Shown in pieces: positions 11,746 to 22,105 of a DNA stretch of 31,516 nt (the first letter of the stretch is position 1; each line of letters opens with the position of its first letter). The position numbers and the translations under genes are program-made. The notes under the pieces were generated by a model that searched no databases, was not told the origin of the DNA, and saw only the letters and a list, made by a program, of their open reading frames with translations. Source of the stretch: Octopus sinensis (lineage: Eukaryota). The DNA lies in NCBI RefSeq assembly GCF_006345805.1, contig NW_021832216.1:1-31516 (forward strand), read 5' to 3'.

Positions 11746-11928
11746 GCAGGGCCAGAACTCATAACTCAGTTGTATTGCTTAACATGCTTATTTTATTGTT
11801 ATTGTTTAAATTTATCATTTTATTTCCTTAATATGCATTTTAGTAAATATTATTGCGTGGAAGGTGTTTAGAAACCATTTTTAGAAACACACAAAAACTG
11901 TTAGATTCACTTCAACATTTAAATTTAG

Positions 11929-11983
11929 TTTGTCAACATATTTTCATCGCTTTGAAACCGCGACCTGTTTGTTCACTGACAAA
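11929..11983 (-). ncRNA. Type I hammerhead motif with G3-C8 core variant (this copy damaged)
   Basis: Minus strand TTTGTCA GTGAACA aaca g GTCGC ggtttcaaa GCGAT GAAA ATAT G T TGACAAA: 7-bp stem I, 5-bp stem II. A 4-nt duplication follows the core and position 16.1 is G instead of U. Confidence 0.6.
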
Positions 11984-12002
11984 ATTCCGTGCTGCATTTA
12001 AA

Positions 12003-12372
12003 TATTCTTTTCTACTCTAGGCACAAGGTCGATTAGATCGATCCCAGTACGCAACTGGTACTTAATTTATTGGCTCCGAAAGGATGAAAGGCAAAGTCGA
12101 CCACGGCGGAATTGAACATATAATATAAAGACCAACGAAATACATATTTCTTTACTACCCACAAGGGGCTAAACACAGAGGGGACAAACAAGGACAGACA
12201 AACGGATTAAGTCGATTATATCGACCCCAGTGCATAACTGGTACTTAATTTGTCGACCCCGAAAGGATGAGAGGCAAAGTCGACCTCGGCGGAATTTGAA
12301 CTCAGAACGTAGTGGCAGACGAAATACCGGTAAGCATTTCGCCCGCCATGCTAACGTTTCTGCCAGCTCGCA
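12003..12372 (-). mobile_element. Octopus SINE family B dimer (full unit plus unit with alternative tail)
   Basis: Full unit 12143-12372 is fused to a second unit ending ...ccttgtgcctagagtagaaaag. Same junction type as 11128/11129. Confidence 0.88.
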
Positions 12373-12433
12373 GCCATGCTGCATCTAAATATTAATATAT
12401 TAATAGATATAACAAGTGAGTCATGAATTCTGG

Positions 12434-12586
12434 ACAGAATGTGATAAGGCTGACCCCTTTGAAATACAGGTACAACTCATTTTTGTCAGTTCAGTGGACT
12501 GGAGTTACGTGAAGTAAAGAGTCTTGCTCAAACGCATAATGCGCCGCCGGGGATTGAACTCACGACCTTACGATTTCGAACTGAAT
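12434..12586 (-). mobile_element. Octopus SINE family C, head/middle fragment
   Basis: Reverse complement has a gagttcaatcccc B box and tttgagcaagactc...ccagtccact domain shared with 12730-12880. Confidence 0.75.
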
Positions 12587-12602
12587 ATTTTGGCACTCTA
12601 TG

Positions 12603-12912
12603 AGTTATGGCGACAAGGGTTCCAGTTCGTCCAATCAGGAAAATAGCCTGCTCGCGAAATTAACGTGCATGTGGCTGAGTACTCCACAGACACGCGCAAC
12701 CTCAACGTAGTTTTCAGGGAGATTCAGCTTGACACAGAATGTGACAAGACTGGCCCTTTTTGAATTACAAGTGTTATGCATTTTTGATAGCTGAGTGGAA
12801 TGGAGCAAGGGGGAAATAAAGTGTCTTGCTGAAAGACACAGCGCGTCACTGGGAATCGAACCCACTACCTTACGATCTTGAGCCGAATGCCCTAACCACT
12901 AAGCCACGCGCC
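12603..12912 (-). mobile_element. Octopus SINE family C, full length
   Basis: Minus strand begins ggcgcgtggcttagtggttagggcattcggctc...gggttcgattccc (A and B boxes) and continues into the family body. Confidence 0.88.
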
Positions 12913-12950
12913 CTCATAGTATTGTTAATAAGGGTTGATGGTTGTAGTAG

Positions 12951-12964
12951 TCTATCTATCTATC

Positions 12965-13041
<77 letters not shown>

Positions 13042-13106
13042 CCCCCTCTCTCTCTCTATCTATTTATCTATCTATCTGCCTCTCTATATATCTATCTATC
13101 TATCTA

Positions 13107-13168
<62 letters not shown>

Positions 13169-13195
13169 CCTCTCTCTCTCTATCTCTCTATCTAT
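12951..13195. repeat. (TCTA)n/(CT)n compound microsatellite
   Basis: Tandem tcta runs interrupted by ct runs. Confidence 0.95.
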
Positions 13196-13578
13196 AACAT
13201 ATCAATCAATCTAACCTTACCTACATCACTTCCTATGCACCTACCTACCTAGAAAAATTCATCTACCTACCTCCATACCTACCAACATATCTACCTGCTA
13301 CCCTAGCCCTAACCAATATCTAACCGGCAGCCTTCCAATCTATCACTTCCCTTTCAATGATCTCCCATCACATACTTCAATTATAGATTATAAAGATTTT
13401 TTTCACTTTCGTTCAACATCCTTGCACAATACATTTTTATTCGATATGTCATCTTCCCTCATCTTCTTCTACTCAATTGTTCTTTCCGCCATTAATCTTT
13501 TGCTCAAATTGCTAAACGTAAGAAAACTTTCATTTTTTGGTCACTGATCGGGAAAGTTCGATCAAACCGCCCTCCCAA

Positions 13579-13610
<32 letters not shown>

Positions 13611-14143
13611 CCCCCCCCCATTGGCTGTACATGTTTTCAGCGTCCTCAATGTGTTTGCATTTTGGGTGTTTTTGAAAGCGTTCTTCTCCACATTTGGAAC
13701 CAATCAGGAAGCTTGATGGCGGAATAATTCGATGACTATCTATCTGTCTGGCGTCGGAGATGAATTGATTCTGGTATTCAAACATGGCCGATATGTTTGC
13801 AATTCCAATGCGATGATAAATAACTGTGTGTATGACATGTATAACACACGCAAACATACATAACCATTCACACACACTTACATTCATACACGTGTGTGTG
13901 TTCGCATATAAATACATGTAAGCGAATATATACAGGATATATGTGTGTGTGTATATAAAAGTATAAGCTTATCGATCTATCTGTCTGTCTGACTGTCTGT
14001 CTATCTTTATCTATCTGCCTGCCTGCCTACCTACCTACCTACCTACCTACCTACCTACCTACCTACCTACCTACATACATACATACATACCTACCTACCT
14101 ACCTGCTTGTCTGTCTGTATGCCCGCCTGCCTGCCTGTCTGAA

Positions 14144-14180
<37 letters not shown>

Positions 14181-14270
14181 ATTGTCTGTCTCACTGTCTA
14201 TCTATGTCCTACGTACTTACATACACACGTACATACGTGCGCATGTATGTATGTGTGTGTGTGTCTAGAC

Positions 14271-14309
<39 letters not shown>

Positions 14310-14313
<4 letters not shown>

Positions 14314-15086
14314 AGAGAGGTTTTCTTTAAGTATTAGAAATAGTTTTAAAAAAGTTTTTTTTAGCTACTATTTCTAATGAGTTCAGTATGCGGCAAAGTA
14401 ATTTATTTTACTAAGCCCTTTTATATAATGTAATAATTTGAATTCGCCTTAAATGGTCCCTTTGCATACTGAATACTTGGTGAAATTGATTAATAATTAA
14501 TTAATTTTACCCTCAATTGGTGAAAATTTAATTTCATCTCTCTCTATTTAATGCCTCGGATTTTACCGAAAAAAAGCATAGTGTTTACTGATTTTAACCC
14601 ACGCTGGTGGAAAGGGGAGAGCAGAAATTCTTCGCTTGCATATTTGAGTTTGCTGGCACTGTTAGTTTCGAGCAGATCTTCAGAAGCGATAAGAAGCCGA
14701 AAGGGTATGCTCCCACTTTCAGTGTTTTCAAATCCAAACCAAGGAGTTCTGAGCTGATGATAGAAATGTCGAGTTGACTAATCTTGAAACGTACGTTCTC
14801 AAATAACCTTTGCATTTGATTTTTTAATGTCTTTACCCCCATACTTTCGTGAGTTGAATTGAGCAAACACTATATGAGAGAGTTTTCTTTAAGTATTAGA
14901 AATAGTTTTAAAAAAGTTTTTTTTAGCTACTATTTCTAATGAGTTCAGTATGCGGCAAAGTAATTTATTTTACTAAGCCTTTTATATAATGTAATAATTT
15001 GAATTCGCCTTAAATGGTCCCTTTGCATACTGAATACTTGGTGAAATTGATTAATAATTAATTAATTTTACCCTCAATTGGTGAAA
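14310..15086 (+). mobile_element. Non-coding hammerhead-bearing element with ~215-bp direct terminal repeats (retrozyme/Penelope pLTR-like), in (TA)n
   Basis: 14310-14525 and 14873-15086 are identical except for two 1-nt indels (period about 562). Hammerhead at 14750-14801. (TA)n on both flanks; no ORF. Confidence 0.8.
14750..14801 (+). ncRNA. Type I hammerhead ribozyme, canonical core
   Basis: TGAG CTGATGA T AGA aat GTC gagtt GAC taa TCT T GAAA CGTACG T T CTCA: 4-bp stem I (extendable via AAGG 14741-44/CCTT 14807-10), palindromic stem III ACGTACGT, GUU triplet 14795-14797. Confidence 0.78.
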
Positions 15087-15092
15087 TTATAT

Positions 15093-15158
<66 letters not shown>

Positions 15159-15168
15159 CACATACATA

Positions 15169-15318
15169 CGACGGACATCTTCCAGTTTCCGTCTACCAAA
15201 TCTACTCACAAGGCTTTTGTCGGTCCGAGACTATAATAGAAGACATTTACGCAAGGTGCCGCCTTGCAGTGTGACTGAACCCGGAACCATGTGGTTTGTA
15301 AGCAGGTTTCTGACCACA
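15169..15318 (-). mobile_element. Octopus SINE family A, head/CORE fragment
   Basis: Reverse complement of the same head and CORE-like domain seen at 771-930. Confidence 0.85.
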
Positions 15319-15320
15319 TA

Positions 15321-15920
15321 TTTTTTTTTCTAGTTTCAGCTCAGAGCTGCGGCCATGCTGATGCACCGCCGTTTTGTGCTACACTGTTATTACGACGAAC
15401 CTCGTCTAATATGTGGCACTTGGTGAATAATGGAGTTTGATATAGCTACTCTCATTTGCACCTCTTGCCGTAAGGTAGGTTCATCTGGGACTCTTGACAG
15501 GAAGATGTCCAGCTTTGATTTAAAAACCGCTACATCTACTTTGTGCAAGTTCCTCAGACTCTTTGGGAGAATATTAAAAAGCTGTGGGCCCTTGAAACCC
15601 AGGCTGTTGCAGAAGCTGGTCCTGAAGCGTGATGGCATTGCTGGGATCTTTGGCACTATGCAGTGTCGTCCCATTCTAGCATTGGTGTAGCTTACAATGC
15701 CAAAATTTGGCACAATTCCTTCCAGGATCTTCCAGACATATATTACTGCATACCTCTCCCGTCTTCTCTCCAGGGAGTAGAGTGTTAGCTGTTTCAACCT
15801 TTCCTAGTAGCTGAGCTGTTGCAAAGAGACGATCTTCTTTGTGAATCTTTTCTGGATTGCTTCAAGGTCCGCTGTTAATTTTACACTGGTGGGTGACCAT
15901 AGCTGTGAGCAGTAGTCCAT
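15321..15920 (-). mobile_element. CR1-like LINE, 5'-truncated 3' end
   Basis: [10 protein letters not shown]...LEAIQKRFTKKI...SY*ERLKQLTLYSLERRRERY...FKSKLDIFLSRVPDEP, ORF stop near 15390, 3' UTR and A-rich tail. Confidence 0.9.
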
Positions 15921-16171
15921 ATATTTATATGTACATGCATATGCACGCACACATACACACGCACATATCGGGCGAAAGAAAGAGGAGAGGCTGTGAGAGA
16001 CAAAGGGTCTGAAATGGATTGATAGACAAATCAATCAGCCCAGGCCAGCCATTTAGCTTGACAGACGGATAATCATAGACAAACAAATTGTTTTATGCAG
16101 ATTCACAGTTATACTCACGTAGCCGCACAGAAACGGACGTATATCTATACATAGAATTATATACAGATATC

Positions 16172-16408
16172 GTGAAGTATATTTGCCACCTAAATGTGGC
16201 TGACCCTTAAGGGTCGATGCTACTGTAACTTGTAGCCGCAGGAAGATATCTCCTCCACCTGCATATTGACACACTATTTGTGCCCTAGCAGTATTTTCAA
16301 AGAGAAGTCATCCTTCCCATCTCCAGCCTCACGTGATACACACGGACCCGAGTTTCCGTCATCAGCGTGTGACAACCACCGGTTGGGCATGGGAAGTGGT
16401 TCTCAATG

Positions 16409-16410
<2 letters not shown>
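16172..16410 (-). mobile_element. Diverged relative of the 22101-22707 hammerhead element
   Basis: Alignable by eye (roughly two-thirds identity) to 22103-22330, e.g. agtattttcaaagagaagtcatcc vs agtatttgcaaagggaggccatcc. Ends at (TA)n. Confidence 0.7.
16333..16379 (-). ncRNA. Type I hammerhead motif lacking stem II (2-nt CG linker)
   Basis: Minus strand GTGGT tgt CACACG CTGATGA cg GAAA C tcgg G T C CGTGTG t ATCAC: perfect 6-bp stem I, full core, GUC triplet. Confidence 0.75.
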
Positions 16411-16447
<37 letters not shown>

Positions 16448-16699
16448 TTTTTATAGTTATATACAAACAGACAAATATACATATATGCAGATAGAATTCT
16501 TAGCTGTATAGCTTGAGATATTGATAAACAGATAGTTAGATGAACACCGAGACTGCCAGACAGACCAACTGCCAGGCAGATATATGTCGAAAGATATTCG
16601 AAACTAAAGACAAATTATTATTATATGATGTTATTAATAGGTGGGGACGAAATGGTCTTGGCGAAGTGATCTTGTTTGTTTGATTATTTATTTTGTGGC

Positions 16700-17219
16700 C
16701 GAGAAAGAGAGAGAGAGGGGGGGGAGAAAGAGAGAAAGAGAGAGAGGGGAGAAAGAGAGAGAGGGGAGAAAGAGAGAGAGGGGAAATGTTTAATGGTTGT
16801 TGAGCATGTGAAGTGTGTGTGTGTAGAGAGAGAGAGAGAGAAAGAAAGAGAGAGACAGAGAGAGAGACAGAGAGAGATGGAAATGGTTATTGGTTGTTGA
16901 AGAGTGTTTGTTTATATATATAGATAGATATACATATACGTAATATATATATATTAATATATACATATATTCATATACATGTGTGTGGAGAGAGAGAGAA
17001 AGAGACAGAGAGAGAGAGAGAGAAAGAGACATAGAGAGAGGGAAACACAGAGAGAAGGAAATGGTTATTGGTTGTTGAGCATGTGTGTGTGTATGGACAC
17101 AAACGAGCACGTGTATACTCGTACAATAACACACACATGCACCCGCAAAATTACAAATATACATACATACATAAGTATATATATATACATATACATACAC
17201 TCATACATCCATATATATA

Positions 17220-17266
<47 letters not shown>

Positions 17267-17269
17267 TAT

Positions 17270-17303
<34 letters not shown>

Positions 17304-17581
17304 TGTATGTATGTATGTATGTATGTATGTATGTATGTATGTGTATGTGTGTGTGTGTGTGTGTGTGTAAGCATGTATGTATTTATGTTTGAATTTATCT
17401 GAGCGCATCTGTGTGCATGTATATATACATACACATACATATATATACATGTAATAATAGCATATATGCATGTATACGTATTAATATATTTATACATATA
17501 AGTATGTATGAACACACACACATGCACACACATTCATATATGGCCATATGTATATATATATATATATTATATAACATATAT

Positions 17582-17639
<58 letters not shown>

Positions 17640-17716
17640 TACATCTACAGACTCAGATATACATTCCTATACTAAATATACATCATACACTTATAAACAC
17701 GTACACACGCATTTAT

Positions 17717-17747
<31 letters not shown>

Positions 17748-17780
17748 CACACTCACGCACACACACATACACACACACAC
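16700..17780. repeat. Compound microsatellite field (GA, TA, TATG, TG, CA)
   Basis: Successive ga, ta, tatg, tg and ca runs with short duplicated linkers such as ggaaatggttattggttgttga. Confidence 0.92.
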
Positions 17781-18745
17781 AGCGAGATAGCTACACCCAT
17801 CTCAGTCTGTATGATTTATTGCTTGAACGAGTAACTGAGTGTTACTAAAGTTTGTGTGATGGATGACTTTACAGCGAGATTGGCCAAGAAATTAGTCACG
17901 TGGCCTGCATGCCATTTGTAACGGCAAACACAGAGGAAAAAAAAAGGAGAAGAAAACACAGTTTGTTTATTAGAAAGAACACAAACATAACAAAATAAAG
18001 TAAAAAATATAACAAAGAATAGCAAGAGTGAGTGTATAAAGAGTTTTATTGGAAAGAATTGTGTATGTACTATGAGTATATATGCGGTGTATGTAGAAAT
18101 ATGCCGACATACGTAACAATACATACAGAGGCAGATATATGCATATGGGAATACACACACAATCATCAAAATACACACACACACTTGGACGCACATATAT
18201 GCGTATATATATATATATGTGTGTATGTTTATGCATATCCATATATACATAAGCATATAGGGATATAACAAATTTATAGGTACTAACATTTATATATATA
18301 CTTGTATGTATATGAATATATGTCTATATTAATATAGATTTATGTATATGTATACTATATTATATATATATATATATATGGTGTGTGTGTGTGTGTGTGT
18401 AAATACACGCGCACACACACATCCATTATTTTATTCATCCCTTACACTTTTTGTCCCCACCTTGTATTTTCCCCTCTATGTTGACCCCTTGTGAGTAATA
18501 AAGAATTCTTTACATTTATGGCTTACATACTGAAGAGAAAAGGAATTATGAAACTTCTATCTACACACAGCCATTATGGATCACTACAAAGGACTTTACC
18601 ACGGATTTATATTATTTTTTTCAAAACTTTTATCCCAAGTTTGTACCAATCCACATCAATACCAGCAACTTTTTAAACAACATCTCTATAATACGATTCT
18701 AGATAGCATCTCTTTCGTTTGACTACACGGAAATTCATCCTTTTA

Positions 18746-18834
18746 TCTGACGAGTGGATGTATTACCTAATAATGATTATGAATTTTGGATTTCATTTCG
18801 AAGGGTAATACATTCAGGAAACGATCGTAAGATG
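18746..18834 (+). ncRNA. Type I hammerhead motif with extended stem II (degenerate stem I)
   Basis: CTGACGA 18747-18753. 13-bp stem TGGATGTATTACC(18755-67)/GGTAATACATTCA(18804-16) closed by G.G. GAAA 18818-21, palindromic stem III ACGATCGT, GUA 18827-29. Confidence 0.65.
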
Positions 18835-19090
18835 TCTCAAACCTTTTAAAATAATCATTCTTTATATATTTATCTATTAATACAATATCGTTTATATTAT
18901 GGACGTATATCTTCTGCGATTTTTTGACGTAATTTTTCCTGCTTTTACTTTAAATTATATAACCGCTCTAATTAAATCTTTAAATACCTTTAAGGTTTCA
19001 GACATTTCTCATACCAAGAGCACTTATCTGAAATCCAGTAGACTTTATTCTCATTGAATATATTTGATTAACTATATATATATATATATG

Positions 19091-20765
19091 ATAATGATAA
19101 TGTTCGTCCTTCGGGTTCGAAGATGACCACTGACATCATCTGGTGGAACTGCCGCTATGAGACCGGAGGTGGCTGGTGAGGCCAATCCGGGCAAGGAAGC
19201 CCCTCCCACAGGTGGGGCAGAAGTGGGTAGGGGCCGTGCTACTGGTGCAGGCGGCTCTGGCTTTCCGCATCTGGCGTTTCTGCTCTGCTGACCGAATCCG
19301 TCCCTCCTCGGCTGTCCCTGCTCCTGTGGTGATTGCGCTGCGCCAGGATGAGCAGTCGGCAGCAAGTGTCTCCCAGGTCTCTGTGCCGATGGAGAAGTCT
19401 TTGAGAGAGACCTTGAGACTGTCCTTGAAGCGCTTCTTCTGCCCTCCGACTTTGCGTTTGCCCTGGCTGAGTTCACCGTAGAAGAGCTGTTTTGGGATGC
19501 GAGTGTCGGACATGCGGGAGACGTGGCCCGCCATCTCAGCTGGGCCTTGCGCATGATTGTGATGGTGCTAGGGAGATCTGCCTGCTTCAGAACTTCCATG
19601 TCTGGGACTTTGTCCTGCCAGCGGATGTGAAGGAGGTTCCGAAGACACCTGAGGTGGAAGTGGTTTATCTGGCTTCTCGTGCCTTCAGTAAGCAGTCCAC
19701 GTCTCGCAGCCGTATAGTAGGTGGTAAGCACGACTGCCCGGTAGACTTTTAGCTTGGTGTTGAGGCTGATTCCTCTCCGCTCCCAGACTTTCTTTCGCAG
19801 TCTCCCAAACGCGCTGCTTGCCTTGGAGATTCTGTTGATGGTTTCAGCATCTTGTTGGCATTGCAGGAGAGAGTGCTGCCCAGGTAGGTGAAGTTTTCCA
19901 CCGCTCGTAGGATCCGTCCGTTCACCTTTATCTGAGGCTCATGGTATTGTTTGCCGGGGGCTGGCTGAAACATCACTTCGGTTTTCTTGGCACTGATGGT
20001 GAGACCGAAGTTGTCACAGGCTGATGAGAACCTGTCCATCCGAGCTGCATCTCCTGCTCATCGATTGCATTAAGGGCGCAGTCGTCAGCAAAGAGAAAGT
20101 CTCTGACGACTGTCTCCCTTACCTTTGTGACAGCCTGCAATCTTCTGGAGTTGAAAAGTTCCCGTCTGTCCTGTACTTGATGTCGATACCGGACTTGCAG
20201 TCCCTAAAGGCGTCGGACAGCATTGCCGAGAACATGATGCTGAACAGTGTTGGGGCCAGGACACAGCCCTGCCTGCTCCGTTGGTCACCTGGAAGGCTTC
20301 AGATGAGTTGCCGTCTTCAAGGACTCTGGCTGTCATTCCGTCGTGGAACTGGCGGACAATTGCAATAAATTTGCTGGGGCAACCAAATTTTCCCATGACC
20401 TTCCATAGTCCCTCCCGACTGACTGTATCGAAAGCCTTGGTGAGGTCAACAAAGGTCCTGCAGATGTCAAGGTGCTGCTCCATGCATTTTTCCCGGAGCT
20501 GGCGGGCGGCGAATATCATGTCAGCGGTCCCTCGACCCGCGCGGAAGCCACACTGGCTCTCCGGGAGAAGGCCTTGCTCCAAGTGTTCCAGAAGGCGGTC
20601 AAGCAGGACTCGGGTCAGGATCTTGCCTGCTATGGACAAGAGGGAGATTCCTCGGTGGTTGTCGCAGGACTGCCGATCTCCTTTCCGCTTATAAATGTGG
20701 ACGATTGTTGCGTCCCGGAAATCTTGAGGGAGTTGTTCCCTGTCCCACAACGACTGGGATGTATA
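19091..20765 (-). mobile_element. RTE/BovB-like LINE, 5'-truncated, RT plus C-terminal C2H2 region, frameshifted
   Basis: ORF-track pieces LPQDFRDATIVHIYKRKGDR...PESQCGFRAGRGTADMIF...FVDLTKAFDTVSRE; FADD motif near 20080-20095; FTYLGS; WAGHVSRM...CPTCGRGFLARIGLTSHLRSH; short (att)-type tail. Split over several frames. Confidence 0.96.
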
Positions 20766-20807
20766 TTCGACTGTATATATATATACATACATACAAACAT
20801 ACATACA

Positions 20808-20868
<61 letters not shown>

Positions 20869-20870
<2 letters not shown>

Positions 20871-20987
20871 CACGTGATCACGTGACCGACCAGACCATCA
20901 GTTGTTGCTACACATCGCTGGTCACAATGCGCTTTGCATTGTTTTAGCCTTCAATGACGGCACCCCACTGGCTAAGCGAACAGGCCA
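20869..20987 (-). mobile_element. Octopus SINE family D, 3' fragment
   Basis: Homologous to 25543-25643 and the reverse complement of 29675-29789. Confidence 0.8.
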
Positions 20988-21184
20988 ATGTGTATATATA
21001 TATATGTATGTATGTATATATGTTTATCTATGTATATCTTTACATACATAGACACTCACACACAGCGCCCATACTTACTTGACAGCGCACACATCTACGT
21101 TTTCATAATTTTTCGGTTGAAACCAGTCCTGCCGACATCTGAGAGTTTCTACATTTTCTCAATTCCTCATATTGGTCTCAAATT

Positions 21185-21571
21185 TTGGCACGAGGCCTGG
21201 AAATTCGGAGGAGTGTATAATTCGATTACATCGATCACAGCATACAGTTGGCACTTATTCTATATACCTCGAAAGGATAAAAGGTAAAGTCGACCTCGGC
21301 AGAATTGGACTCAGGACTCAGCCGGCCAAACGCCGCTAAACTTTTTGCCCAGCGTGCTAAATTTTCTGCTAGCTCGCTGCCTTAAAAGCTATGGAATATT
21401 ATTTTCTACTCTAGGCACGAGGCACGAGGCCCGCAACTGATACTTAATTTATCGACCGCAAAATGATGAAAGGCAAAGTCGACCACGGTAGGATTTGAAC
21501 TCAGAACGTAAAGACAGATGAAATAGCGTTAAGTATTTCACCTGGCGTGCTAACGTTTCTGCCAGCTCGTT
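21185..21571 (-). mobile_element. Two SINE family B copies; the second has a ~20-bp target-site duplication
   Basis: Diverged copy 21185-21383. Copy 21403-21571 is flanked by taaaagctatggaatattat and taaaaagccatggaatattat. Confidence 0.82.
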
Positions 21572-21713
21572 CCTTAAAAAGCCATGGAATATTATCAGAA
21601 TACAAGAGAAATGTGACTTTAATCTGGCAATTTTGGTAAATATATCTTTAAAATGAGATGTCAGTGTTATTTTCCTTTTTGTGTAATTTAGAAGACAGTT
21701 TATTCACTGCACC

Positions 21714-21747
<34 letters not shown>

Positions 21748-21749
21748 GT

Positions 21750-22052
21750 TTGGAGATGATGTACAGGTATTTTATATTAGAAGAAGTGAGGTACTCAGAA
21801 ATTCGGATGGCTTTATATTTACAGATATTTATTTGTATATTACATGTTTTTATACATCATATAACTTATATCATATATCATATAATAGCGCTTTCGTCTA
21901 TTCTGGTGGATTTTTCAATTATATGATATATGATATAAGTTATATGATGTATAAAAACATGTAATATACAAATAATATCTGTAAATATAAAACCATCCGA
22001 ATTTCTGAGTACCTCATTTCTTCTAATATAAAATACCTGTACATCATCTCCA

Positions 22053-22053
<1 letters not shown>
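21750..22053. repeat. Fold-back inverted repeat, ~136-bp arms, flanked by (TA)n
   Basis: 21750-21886 vs 21918-22053: two substitutions and one 1-nt indel. The spacer is the hammerhead core. Confidence 0.97.
21885..21919 (-). ncRNA. Type I hammerhead motif, U3-A8 core, at apex of the fold-back
   Basis: Minus strand ...catataa TTGAAAA ATC caccagaata GAC GAAA GCGC T A ttatatg...: palindromic stem III AGCGCT, CUA triplet. Stem I is the whole inverted repeat; stem II is weak (A.C closing pair). Confidence 0.6.

Positions 22054-22100
<47 letters not shown>

Positions 22101-22105
<5 letters not shown>

Noticed and set aside
12850-12912. tRNA-like sequences here and at 771-840, 5149-5235 and 29495-29560
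   Set aside because: They have A/B boxes but no complete cloverleaf and run directly into SINE bodies, so they are SINE heads and not tRNA genes.
14655-14690. Minus-strand CTGAAGA-tctgctc-GAAA inside the 562-nt unit
   Set aside because: No stem II pairing, G at the cleavage position and no stem I.
18529-18560. CTGAAGA...GAAA
   Set aside because: The intervening and flanking sequences form none of the three stems.
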